64,000 nt of DNA from a virus (Duplodnaviria > Caudoviricetes): the IMG/VR virus record IMGVR_UViG_3300042881_004206. The stretch is one strand, 5' to 3'. This document shows positions 16,116 to 24,561 of this stretch, piece after piece. A model generated the notes under the pieces. It had not been told where the DNA came from, did not search any database, and was given only the letters and a program-made list of their open reading frames with translations. The position numbers were made by a program, and so were the translations under genes. Positions within the stretch are counted from its first letter, which is position 1; every line of letters starts with the position of its first letter.

Positions 16116-16658
16116 ATGCTTGACAGTTTCACTTTCAATACCCACAAACCTACCGTGTCCGCGCTGTATCTGGTCGACCGTGGTGCCCAAGGTCGATGGT
16201 ATCGATGGTATAATGCACAAACCGACCAATGGGGTCGCTGTGGTATTGATATGGATGAGGCAGTCCAAAACAAGGACAAAACCGCATTGGATTTTTTCCC
16301 GTGGGTCGGTCCTCTTACTGGTCCCAATTTTGCAACCAATAAGCCTGTGGCTGAAGTAACCGATACTCCTACGCCTGCAACCAAGGCACCCAAGGTCAAG
16401 CAACCTGCTAAGAAAATGGCAAAGCGTGGCGCGTCCCTGGTGGTCTCCAAGGTCGGGAATGTCACGGTTGGTTCTATCGTGAAGCCTAGTGGTAAGGTGG
16501 TGCATCCTGACGGTACGGTGTGGTTCCGTGCTGACCGTCAAAAATGGGTCGCTATGTGGAATGGTAAGCAAGAAGCTGCACGGCCTACTGCTGATGCTTG
16601 TTTGAAGTTTCTTGCCAAGAAATATGGTGTTACTGGTACTGTTATCCCTAAGGAATAA
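16116..16658 (+). CDS. Two-domain early protein with Pro/Lys/Ala linker
   Basis: AAGGA SD; Trp-rich N- and C-domains. Confidence 0.8.
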   Translation: MLDSFTFNTHKPTVSALYLVDRGAQGRWYRWYNAQTDQWGRCGIDMDEAVQNKDKTALDFFPWVGPLTGPNFATNKPVAEVTDTPTPATKAPKVKQPAKKMAKRGASLVVSKVGNVTVGSIVKPSGKVVHPDGTVWFRADRQKWVAMWNGKQEAARPTADACLKFLAKKYGVTGTVIPKE

Positions 16659-16660
16659 TC

Positions 16661-16912
16661 ATGCGTACAAAGCGAATCGTATTTGGTCTCGATAATAGCC
16701 AAAAAATCCGCCTCATGGTGAATGATTTTGGTATGTTCTGCAAAGTCCAAGATGTTGAGAATATCTGTACCAGGGAACACCGTGTACCCGTATGGATAGC
16801 CCTGGAAAGGCTAGGTAACGAAAACTTTGTCAATAAGAAACTGCACCAACCTCTAATCACAGGTTATGCCAGCACTATTGATGGTGTTAATGTTCAGGTA
16901 GATTTGGTTTAA
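16661..16912 (+). CDS. Hypothetical protein
   Basis: AAGGA SD. Confidence 0.7.
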   Translation: MRTKRIVFGLDNSQKIRLMVNDFGMFCKVQDVENICTREHRVPVWIALERLGNENFVNKKLHQPLITGYASTIDGVNVQVDLV

Positions 16913-16931
16913 TATAAGAGAGGTTGAAATT

Positions 16932-17390
16932 ATGGGACTCGATATGTATTTCAGAGGCAGTCGATATATCAGCAATTTCGATTTTACGCCTGTTGATAAG
17001 CCTATTAATGCTGAAATCAAAAAGGCTCTTGGCCTGACCAATTATGATGGTGAGGATAATTCCGTTGAGGTGACGGTGAATCTTGGTTACTGGCGCAAGG
17101 CAAACCAGATTCATAAATGGTTTGTCGATAATGTGCAAGGTGGTACTGATGATTGCCGTGATGCATATATTGATCGTCTACAAATGGGAAAACTCCGTGA
17201 CCTGTGCGAGAAAGCATTGGAAACTCGGGATGTTACCCTTTTCCCTCCACAATCTGGTTTCTTTTTCGGTCCCACCGATATTGATGAGTATTATTGGGAA
17301 GATATTGCTTATACCAAGAATCTAATGGACAAACTATTGAGTGATGAACAGCTCAACAAATTCGAATTTTTCTATCATTCTTCATGGTGA
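16932..17390 (+). CDS. Conserved phage hypothetical protein (MGLDMY family)
   Basis: MGLDMY...YWRKANQIHKWFVDNVQ.G.DDC...GFFFG. Confidence 0.8.
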   Translation: MGLDMYFRGSRYISNFDFTPVDKPINAEIKKALGLTNYDGEDNSVEVTVNLGYWRKANQIHKWFVDNVQGGTDDCRDAYIDRLQMGKLRDLCEKALETRDVTLFPPQSGFFFGPTDIDEYYWEDIAYTKNLMDKLLSDEQLNKFEFFYHSSW

Positions 17391-17393
17391 TAT

Positions 17394-17744
17394 ATGGCAC
17401 AGCAAATTGTAATTAATCGTTGTTATGGTGGTTTTGGCTTGTCGCATGAAGCAGTAATGCGTTATGCCGAATTGAAAGGTATTAACCTTGTATTTCAAAA
17501 GAAAGATGTTTTCGATTTAGTTCATTATTATAAAGATGAAATCAAACAAGAAAACTATTTCTCCGACCGTGATATTGAACGGACTGATTCTGCATTGGTT
17601 CAGGTCGTGCAGGAAATGGGTGACAAAGCCAGTGGTCCACATTCTCGGTTGGGTGTGGTAGAAATTCCTGATGGTATTGATTATACTATTGAGGAATATG
17701 ATGGTTCAGAATGGGTGGCAGAAGTACACCAAACTTGGAGGTAA
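17394..17744 (+). CDS. Conserved phage hypothetical protein
   Basis: IN.CYGGFGLS...R.D..LVQVV.E.G...VEIPD....IEEYDG.EW. Confidence 0.8.
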   Translation: MAQQIVINRCYGGFGLSHEAVMRYAELKGINLVFQKKDVFDLVHYYKDEIKQENYFSDRDIERTDSALVQVVQEMGDKASGPHSRLGVVEIPDGIDYTIEEYDGSEWVAEVHQTWR

Positions 17745-17745
17745 T

Positions 17746-18195
17746 ATGGATTTTAAAGATTTTACTGTTAATTTTCATAATGTGGCCACAAATAAGGAGT
17801 TTTCTTCTGTCACTCGGTTATTGGCAACCGATTTGATGCGTAATCCATATTTGAGTGTTGGGGATTTTTTCAAGAACCTTTCCGATTCTGATTTACAGAT
17901 TCTATCCGATATAGCTGATACAGTTTTCACACACTTTAGTGATGAAGAATCACAAGCAGACAATAAAGCAAATAACAATATCAATGAATGTGTTATGTTG
18001 ACAATGCTATTGTCTGGTGCTGAAGGATTGGATTCGATTCCTGATATTGATATTATTCGAAAAAGAGTATCACAATTGATTATGTTTGTCAGTTGTGAAT
18101 CGTTGCACCGAAAAGGATTGGTTAAACTGCACCACCACAATCTTTCTTTTGGTGAAGATTCTGACGATAAGATTGTAGTCGAAAGAATCGTTTAA
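17746..18195 (+). CDS. Hypothetical protein
   Basis: GGAGGT SD before ATG 17746. Confidence 0.75.
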   Translation: MDFKDFTVNFHNVATNKEFSSVTRLLATDLMRNPYLSVGDFFKNLSDSDLQILSDIADTVFTHFSDEESQADNKANNNINECVMLTMLLSGAEGLDSIPDIDIIRKRVSQLIMFVSCESLHRKGLVKLHHHNLSFGEDSDDKIVVERIV

Positions 18196-18196
18196 T

Positions 18197-18352
18197 ATGT
18201 TAATAATGTTTTTATTTTTGATGCTAACTGGTTTGGCTTTGTTAGTATCAATTGAAGATTTCAAATACGGTAATAATAAATCTGGATGGTTTTGTTTATT
18301 TTTGTCCGCATTTAATTTTACAAATTTTGTAAACATTGTATACAATTATTGA
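18197..18352 (+). CDS. 51-aa membrane peptide (2 TM)
   Basis: Translated by hand: MLIMFLFLMLTGLALLVSIEDFKYGNNKSGWFCLFLSAFNFTNFVNIVYNY. Confidence 0.55.
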   Translation: MLIMFLFLMLTGLALLVSIEDFKYGNNKSGWFCLFLSAFNFTNFVNIVYNY

Positions 18353-18356
18353 AAGT

Positions 18357-18438
18357 GTTGTTTTTATACAACGAATAGTCGACCGCAATGGTCGACTTTT
18401 TTCATTCCGCTTGCCATTTTCCGTCCATCCGCTACAAT
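18357..18438 (+). promoter_or_regulatory. GTTG-N8-CAAC box, GTCGACC-N5-GGTCGAC palindrome and promoter TTGCCA-16-TACAAT
   Basis: Boxes at 18357-18372 and 18378-18396; -35 at 18411. Confidence 0.85.
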
Positions 18439-18468
18439 CCATTTATTCACTCAACAAAGCACAGCACT

Positions 18469-19356
18469 ATGACCCAAGTTACTTTCGTTAACGGCAAATA
18501 CCAGGCTCTTATCAACGGCAAGATTGTCAAGCGTGCCAGTCGCGCTCATATGGATTATGTTTTGCGCAAGGCCGGTTTGTCCGCCAAAACCGCGGATGTT
18601 AAGGAGCCTTCCCGTGAGTCCCGCTTTTCTATCAATGAACGCTTTGGTTTCGTTACCGATATGGTGACCATGCTCGCCAATGGTGCACAATCGTCCGTGG
18701 TTATCACTGGTCCTGGTGGTCTTGGCAAGTCCTATACGGTGTCCAAGACTCTGGAGAATGGTGGTTTCAAGGATGTTACCACCGTGGACGCCCTTGAGGT
18801 TGGTTTCCGTATCAATCACCACAAGTCCTTCCGTGTTATCAAAGGTTACTCCACGCCGAAAGGTTTGTATCGTTTGCTGTGGGAAAACCGTGACGGTGTT
18901 TTGGTGTTTGATGATTGCGATTCCGTACTCAAGGATCCAGTTTCCCTTAATCTGTTGAAAGGTGCTCTTGATTCTTATTCTCGCCGTATTATTTCATGGC
19001 GTGCGGATATTCGTGATGATGACCTGCCTACTTCCTTCGAATTTAAGGGCCGTGTTGTTTTCATCTCCAATTTGTCCTCTTCCCAGATTGACCAGGCCAT
19101 TATCACGCGCTCGATGGCTGTTGACCTGTCCATGACTACTGCTCAAAAGATTGAGCGTATGCGGTTCATTATGGATTCTGATGAGTTTATGCCTGAATTC
19201 AGCAAGCAACATAAGGTAGATGCTCTTAATCTTATCGACCAACTCAAGGATACGGTCAAGGAATTGTCGCTGCGTACTCTGATTCAGGTTACAAATATCC
19301 GCGCTAATGCAGGTGCCAACTGGCGTAATCTTGCTGAGTATACTATTTGTGGTTGA
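18469..19356 (+). CDS. AAA+ family P-loop ATPase
   Basis: Walker A GPGGLGKS, Walker B LVFDDCD, sensor VVFISN, arginine finger ITRS. Confidence 0.88.
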   Translation: MTQVTFVNGKYQALINGKIVKRASRAHMDYVLRKAGLSAKTADVKEPSRESRFSINERFGFVTDMVTMLANGAQSSVVITGPGGLGKSYTVSKTLENGGFKDVTTVDALEVGFRINHHKSFRVIKGYSTPKGLYRLLWENRDGVLVFDDCDSVLKDPVSLNLLKGALDSYSRRIISWRADIRDDDLPTSFEFKGRVVFISNLSSSQIDQAIITRSMAVDLSMTTAQKIERMRFIMDSDEFMPEFSKQHKVDALNLIDQLKDTVKELSLRTLIQVTNIRANAGANWRNLAEYTICG

Positions 19357-19367
19357 TGAGGTAAATT

Positions 19368-19610
19368 ATGAAAACAATTATTGTTAAATCCAGTTATGGT
19401 GATGTTATGTCATTTGTACCCGTGAGTGGGAATATCTATAAGTTTGGTAGTGAAATTCTATATTGCCGATTTGGTGGTAATGATATGAAGGATTTAGAGT
19501 TTTTCGATCCCCCTGGCGGTCCATTTATTTCGGCGGGTTATTCGATTGATGGCCGTAAGGTAGTTCGTATTATGGCTGAAGAAGACGGAATCTATTTTGA
19601 GGTAGAATGA
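19368..19610 (+). CDS. Hypothetical protein
   Basis: GAGGT SD. Confidence 0.7.
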   Translation: MKTIIVKSSYGDVMSFVPVSGNIYKFGSEILYCRFGGNDMKDLEFFDPPGGPFISAGYSIDGRKVVRIMAEEDGIYFEVE

Positions 19611-20182
19611 TTTCTCTGAGAATTGCCGAAACACCCGAAGATAAGAGTATTGCTGATCAAATGGTCATACAGCACCATTCCTATGTGGCTTCGGCGAGAA
19701 CTGTAGGCCGCTGTATGAAATATATTATTTCTACTGCATATGAGGGAAAAGATATTGGCACCTTTTGGGTTGGTTCTGGTTTTAAACCTACGCCTAAATC
19801 TATTCTGAATCATTTTGGCATGAGTCAATCAGAATATGATGGAATATTCAATGAAGTTGCCGACAATAAACGATTCTGCATGGTCGAAAAGATTCCAAAC
19901 CTTGGCTCTCAGATATTAAAGGCCATACGCCGAAGGGTTAAAAAAGATTGGTATCAAAGATATGGTGACAATCTAAGGGCGATTATCACGACCATTGGTG
20001 GGAATAAGAGTGGCTCAGTATATCTTGCCGACAATTGGAAACAAATTGGTTATACTGCCGGGTTACCTGCCAATCGTAAGTCTGTGAGTATGAAATGGGA
20101 TGATAAGGATTCTATTGCTCAGAAGTATGTAAAACCCACAGGTGAAAACAAGAAAATTATATTAATTACGGAGAGAATATGA
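19607..20182 (+). CDS. DUF4338/Mom-like GNAT-fold protein (candidate DNA modification enzyme)
   Basis: HHSY..., DNKRF...PNLGSQIL...DWYQRYG...GSVYLADNWKQIGYTAG. Confidence 0.75.
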   Translation: MISLRIAETPEDKSIADQMVIQHHSYVASARTVGRCMKYIISTAYEGKDIGTFWVGSGFKPTPKSILNHFGMSQSEYDGIFNEVADNKRFCMVEKIPNLGSQILKAIRRRVKKDWYQRYGDNLRAIITTIGGNKSGSVYLADNWKQIGYTAGLPANRKSVSMKWDDKDSIAQKYVKPTGENKKIILITERI

Positions 20183-20406
20183 ATAAACTTTTCGATTTAT
20201 TGCAACAATCAGAAGTATCTATTACTCATGTAAAACATTTTAATGGACATATTGATATTGAAAAATTTGCTAAATTGATTGTTGAAGAATGCATTGATAT
20301 AATCAATAAAACACCGAATGGTTATCGCGACTATCGAAATCAAATTGAAGATGCTATGCGTAACGCCTGTGTAGATGATATTAAAGAACATTTTGGAGTT
20401 GAATAA
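20179..20406 (+). CDS. Hypothetical protein
   Basis: EKFAKLIVEEC...IKEHFGVE family. Confidence 0.7.
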   Translation: MNKLFDLLQQSEVSITHVKHFNGHIDIEKFAKLIVEECIDIINKTPNGYRDYRNQIEDAMRNACVDDIKEHFGVE

Positions 20407-20576
20407 TGTTGATGAACCTAATTGTATATGGTATTCTTGGATACCTACTATCATCCATGGAAATTACCATAACAAAAGAACCTGCACTTTTCTTTTCTTT
20501 TCTTGCACTATTCATGCTCATAGATACTAAACCATGGGAACACTGGAACAAAGATGAAACAAACAATAAATCTTAA
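20406..20576 (+). CDS. 56-aa membrane peptide
   Basis: TAATG-coupled; two hydrophobic stretches (translated by hand). Confidence 0.5.
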   Translation: MLMNLIVYGILGYLLSSMEITITKEPALFFSFLALFMLIDTKPWEHWNKDETNNKS

Positions 20577-20757
20577 CTATAATGATGTTCAACGAATTCT
20601 TTCAGTTATGGAAAAATTCAATGTTTATGATAAATCTGTGCAACTGGTACATGATAGTTGTGCTGTTGGTTATACAATTGATCTTCAATTTGAATATCTT
20701 CTGTGTGGTGAATTGGTCACTGTAACTGTACCTGTTGCAACATCGGAACATTGGTAA
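20554..20757 (+). CDS. Hypothetical protein
   Basis: Co-oriented ORF. Confidence 0.6.
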   Translation: MKQTINLNYNDVQRILSVMEKFNVYDKSVQLVHDSCAVGYTIDLQFEYLLCGELVTVTVPVATSEHW

Positions 20758-20765
20758 TAATATAA

Positions 20766-20975
20766 ATGCGTTACTATGCATACATGGAATACGATGCTAA
20801 AGGTGATCACAAATTAACAGTATCTGAAGAAGACATTAAACAAATGTATTGGCCATATTGGTATGAAAATAAATGTGAAAAGTACGGCAAAGAATTGACA
20901 GATAAAATGTATACATTTGAACATTGTTTGAAAGATTGGATTCAATTATATTGGGCATGGCCAGTTAACAAATAA
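20766..20975 (+). CDS. Hypothetical protein
   Basis: SEEDI..MYWPYW...CL.DW...WAW pattern. Confidence 0.7.
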   Translation: MRYYAYMEYDAKGDHKLTVSEEDIKQMYWPYWYENKCEKYGKELTDKMYTFEHCLKDWIQLYWAWPVNK

Positions 20976-20988
20976 GAGGAGACAAATT

Positions 20989-21360
20989 GTGCGAGAAGAT
21001 TTAGATAAACTGCTGTGCGAAAAATATCCAAAGATTTTTGCTGATCATTATAATTTTGAATGTGGTGATGGTTGGTTTGATTTGATTGATAATCTATGTT
21101 CATCAATTCAAAATCACATTGATTATAACCATGCACCACAGGTAGTTGTTGAACAAGTAAAAGAAAAGTTTGGCACTCTGCGATTTTATTATCGTGGTGG
21201 TGACGATATGATTTCAGGTATGGTTTGGCATGTTGAAAATCTAAGCGGTAAAACCTGTGAAGTATGTGGCGCACCAGGTAAAACCCGAGGCAAAGGTTGG
21301 TACTATACTGCTTGTGACAAACACGCTAGACCTGGTGATTTTAATGATGAGGTAAATTAA
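20989..21360 (+). CDS. Conserved hypothetical protein with C-terminal Zn finger
   Basis: ECGDGWFDLI...QVKEKFGTLRFY...CEVCG. Confidence 0.8.
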   Translation: MREDLDKLLCEKYPKIFADHYNFECGDGWFDLIDNLCSSIQNHIDYNHAPQVVVEQVKEKFGTLRFYYRGGDDMISGMVWHVENLSGKTCEVCGAPGKTRGKGWYYTACDKHARPGDFNDEVN

Positions 21361-21956
21361 TGTTAGAAACAATTTCAGAACTATTTCAAGAAGCTTACAA
21401 ACGTAATTGGATTACTGCTCGTGATGGTAATGCATCTATTCGATGGCATGACCGTGACCATTTTTATGTAACACCAAGTGGTGTGAGGAAACAAACTCTG
21501 CAACCAGAAATGTTTAAGAAGATTTCATTGGATGGTGTTGATTTGCACTATACGGATATAAGCAAGAATCTGATGGCCAGTGGTGAATTGCCTATGCATA
21601 AAACATTGCAACAAAATATAAACACCGAGGTTCGTGTTGTGTTGCATTTTCATCCAACATATACTGTTGCAGCGATGTATAAGGGAATACAATTGCCAGA
21701 TTTGCTCAATGAATTTCCTGAATTGAGTAGATATACCAGTGTTGCACCTAATGTACCATTGCTTCCTCCTATTACGGAAGAATTGGCTGTTGCCTGTGTG
21801 GCAAATTTAGGTTACAATACCGAAACTGGTGCAGTAAAATATAACATTGTTGGTATGGATCGTCATGGTGTGGTTGCTGTAGATACTAGTCCATGGCGTG
21901 CATTTGAACACATTGAACGCCTTGAACATATTTGTAAAATTGTTCTTGCAAGTTAG
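21360..21956 (+). CDS. Class II aldolase/adducin family protein
   Basis: GNAS.R, VTPSG, SGELPMH, VLHFHPTY, HGVV, AFEHIERLE. Confidence 0.9.
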   Translation: MLETISELFQEAYKRNWITARDGNASIRWHDRDHFYVTPSGVRKQTLQPEMFKKISLDGVDLHYTDISKNLMASGELPMHKTLQQNINTEVRVVLHFHPTYTVAAMYKGIQLPDLLNEFPELSRYTSVAPNVPLLPPITEELAVACVANLGYNTETGAVKYNIVGMDRHGVVAVDTSPWRAFEHIERLEHICKIVLAS

Positions 21957-21964
21957 GTAACATT

Positions 21965-22342
21965 ATGGATGAGAAGCAAAAAAATGCTCTAGATAATTTA
22001 GAAGAAACTTCACGAATCTTTCAAGAAGTTTTTGATGAAATTGAAAAAGAACAGGAAGAATATTGGAATTCTTTGACTGAAGAACAACGATTAAAAGCTT
22101 TCTGTGCAGTATCTCGCCGAATACACGAAGGTGAAATCGAAAAGAAAGGTTCTTATCGTTATGTGCTTTATGATGTTTTTGGTTTTGGGCCTGAAGCATA
22201 TGCACAAGCACAAATGGCAGGATATCTTGCCATCCACAATTCCATCATGTATGATGACTATGATTCGAAGCTGTTGAAAGCATTTTGCAAGAAATACAAT
22301 ATTGATAATGCTGATGAAAAGGTTACGGAATTTTTGATATGA
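21965..22342 (+). CDS. Hypothetical protein
   Basis: GSYRYVLYDVFGF.P..Y family. Confidence 0.75.
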   Translation: MDEKQKNALDNLEETSRIFQEVFDEIEKEQEEYWNSLTEEQRLKAFCAVSRRIHEGEIEKKGSYRYVLYDVFGFGPEAYAQAQMAGYLAIHNSIMYDDYDSKLLKAFCKKYNIDNADEKVTEFLI

Positions 22343-22545
22343 TTAAAGAACCTGTTACTAAAAGTGATTTGAATCGAATAATGTTTCCTATTCTCGGCCG
22401 TTTCAAATATGTTGAAATATGGTGGCAATCTGAAAACAAAGCATTCAATAATAAAACACCCAATGAATTGTATTGGGCTGGTGGTGAATCACGCCAAAAG
22501 GTGATTGATTATGTTCTTGGCCAAATGAACGGTGATTATTCTTAA
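22339..22545 (+). CDS. Orphan ParS/MbcA/Xre-antitoxin C-terminal-like domain (DUF2384-like)
   Basis: IWWQSENKAFNNKTPNEL...G..RQKVIDYV. Confidence 0.6.
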   Translation: MIKEPVTKSDLNRIMFPILGRFKYVEIWWQSENKAFNNKTPNELYWAGGESRQKVIDYVLGQMNGDYS

Positions 22546-22560
22546 AAAGGAAATTATATT

Positions 22561-22977
22561 ATGATGCCTGCTGGTCTGTATTATGTTGGTGATTTGTGTT
22601 ATGTAATGACTGACGAAGAATGGGACGATTTCTGTTCTATTACCATTAAAGGTAATGAATGTTTGTCTGGTGAATTTACAATGCCTGATGGTCGTAAGTT
22701 TGCAACATATAACACCATGTATGGTGATGGTGAATATTCAGATCAATCTGCCCATTATTCTTTTGTTGTAGATTCGGGTTCGATTGGTTGCATTAAACTA
22801 ACAGAAATTAACGTTGGTATTGATGATGTTGGTCGTTTAGGTTCTGTTATTCAATTCAATAGTGATTTTGAAACATCAGGCGGCCGTGATGAAAAATGGG
22901 ATGGTGTGATTCGATTTGGCCACATACATATTGATACCGATCCAAATATCGAATTTGATGATAGTGGTTGGATTTAA
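22561..22977 (+). CDS. Conserved hypothetical protein
   Basis: YYVGDLCYV...T.YGDGEY...VDSGSIGCI. Confidence 0.8.
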   Translation: MMPAGLYYVGDLCYVMTDEEWDDFCSITIKGNECLSGEFTMPDGRKFATYNTMYGDGEYSDQSAHYSFVVDSGSIGCIKLTEINVGIDDVGRLGSVIQFNSDFETSGGRDEKWDGVIRFGHIHIDTDPNIEFDDSGWI

Positions 22978-22986
22978 GGAGAACCT

Positions 22987-23247
22987 ATGAGTGACCAAGA
23001 AGCAAAAGAAAAACGTTCTCGCCGAATTCAAAAAGAAGAAAATGCAATTCGCAAACAACTAAAACTGGCCAAAACATTTCATATGGATGTAAAAGACCAT
23101 GAAGGACACCGTTTTGCAAAACACCATGCATTGGATTGTGGAATTCCCAGTTGCCCAATGTGTTCCAGTCCTAGGAAAATCCGTGGTGAACTAACTATCC
23201 AGGAAAAACGTATGTACCAGGATATTGATCCGAATACCGAAGATTGA
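22987..23247 (+). CDS. Conserved small Zn-binding protein
   Basis: HRFAKHHALDCG...CPMCSSPRK. Confidence 0.75.
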   Translation: MSDQEAKEKRSRRIQKEENAIRKQLKLAKTFHMDVKDHEGHRFAKHHALDCGIPSCPMCSSPRKIRGELTIQEKRMYQDIDPNTED

Positions 23248-23248
23248 T

Positions 23249-23297
23249 GTTGTATATTTGCAACATGGTTGCCAACCAACCATATTTTTGTTATAAT
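23249..23297 (+). promoter_or_regulatory. GTTG-N8-CAAC box plus promoter TTGCCA-17-TATAAT
   Basis: Box 23249-23264; -35 at 23269; -10 at 23292. Confidence 0.8.
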
Positions 23298-23325
23298 GTA
23301 GTTTTTGAAATGTTGGAGTGAATCT

Positions 23326-24465
23326 ATGAGTCTAAATCGAAACGGTCGTGCATTTGTTCTCGCTGCTGAAGAAAAGTTTGGTATTGGTGCAATTATCACT
23401 CGCGATAATATCAATTCTGTAGTTGAAGAAAAAGGTGTGCCCTATCCCCATTGGCTTGTAACTAAGTCTGAACATCGATACGACCGAGGTTTGTATCGAC
23501 TACCCAATATTGGTACGCAACAAATTAAACAAAAAGAACCTGAACTTGAAATGAATCTATCTGCTCAGGTGGTTTCTTTTCGTCAACCTAAATTGATTGA
23601 CGATTCCGACACTTCAATCCCCACTCTTTATCCTGACTATGTTCAATTTGGATTTTTTAAAGACCTGTCTAATATTGTTAAATCTCGGATGTTTTATCCT
23701 GTGTTCATTACAGGTCTATCGGGAAATGGTAAAACACTCATGGTTGAACAAGTTTGCGCAGTCTTGCAGCGTGAATGTATTCGTGTTAACATTTCGATTG
23801 AAACTGATGAGTCTGATCTTCTCGGTGGTCCAACTCTTGTTAATGGTAATGTTGTTAATCGGGATGGTCCTGTTATTCAAGCAATGAAGAAAGGTGCAGT
23901 CCTTCTGATTGATGAGGTTGACCGCGGTTCAAATAAACTTATGTGCTTACAGGGTATTCTAGAAGGTAAGCCATACTATAATAAAAAGAATGGTGAACTG
24001 GTCACTCCCGTATCAGGATTCAATGTAATTGCTACCGCAAACACCAAAGGTCGCGGTTCAGATGAAGGTCGCTATCTTTCACAGATTCTAGATGATGCTT
24101 TCTTGGAGCGTTTTCCAATTACTATTGAACAGGAATATCCTGATATTAAAACAGAAAAGAAGATTCTGAGTCCTCTTATTCCAGATCAAGAGTTTGTTGA
24201 TTATTTGGTTCAATGGGCTGATGTTGTGCGTCAATCATTTGATCAAGGTGCTGTTGATGAAATTATCTCTACCCGGCGACTAGTGCATATTGCAAAAGCT
24301 TACTCAATCTTTAAAAATCGTGTAAAGGCCATTGAATTGTGCGTTTCGAGGTTTGATTCGGAAACCAAGAGTGCTTTCCTTGACCTTTACAGTAAGGTTG
24401 ATCCTAGTGTAAGTGGCGACACGGAATCCACACAAACAACCGTACCAAAAGAAATTTTAACTTAA
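23326..24465 (+). CDS. cobS: CobS/MoxR-like AAA+ ATPase
   Basis: GLSGNGKT, ETDESDLLG, LLIDEVDR, ATANTKGRG, AFLERF, STRRLV; GGAG SD before ATG 23326. Confidence 0.9.
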   Translation: MSLNRNGRAFVLAAEEKFGIGAIITRDNINSVVEEKGVPYPHWLVTKSEHRYDRGLYRLPNIGTQQIKQKEPELEMNLSAQVVSFRQPKLIDDSDTSIPTLYPDYVQFGFFKDLSNIVKSRMFYPVFITGLSGNGKTLMVEQVCAVLQRECIRVNISIETDESDLLGGPTLVNGNVVNRDGPVIQAMKKGAVLLIDEVDRGSNKLMCLQGILEGKPYYNKKNGELVTPVSGFNVIATANTKGRGSDEGRYLSQILDDAFLERFPITIEQEYPDIKTEKKILSPLIPDQEFVDYLVQWADVVRQSFDQGAVDEIISTRRLVHIAKAYSIFKNRVKAIELCVSRFDSETKSAFLDLYSKVDPSVSGDTESTQTTVPKEILT

Positions 24466-24488
24466 TTAAAACATAACCGAAAAAGTGG

Positions 24489-24517
24489 TTGCCAACATTA
24501 CTTTTTTCGGTTATAAT
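24489..24517 (+). promoter_or_regulatory. sigma70 promoter TTGCCA-17-TATAAT
   Basis: Direct motif match. Confidence 0.8.
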
Positions 24518-24561
24518 CCATAATGTTGGTTTTATTATTTGTTTTTTGAAAGGATATTATT

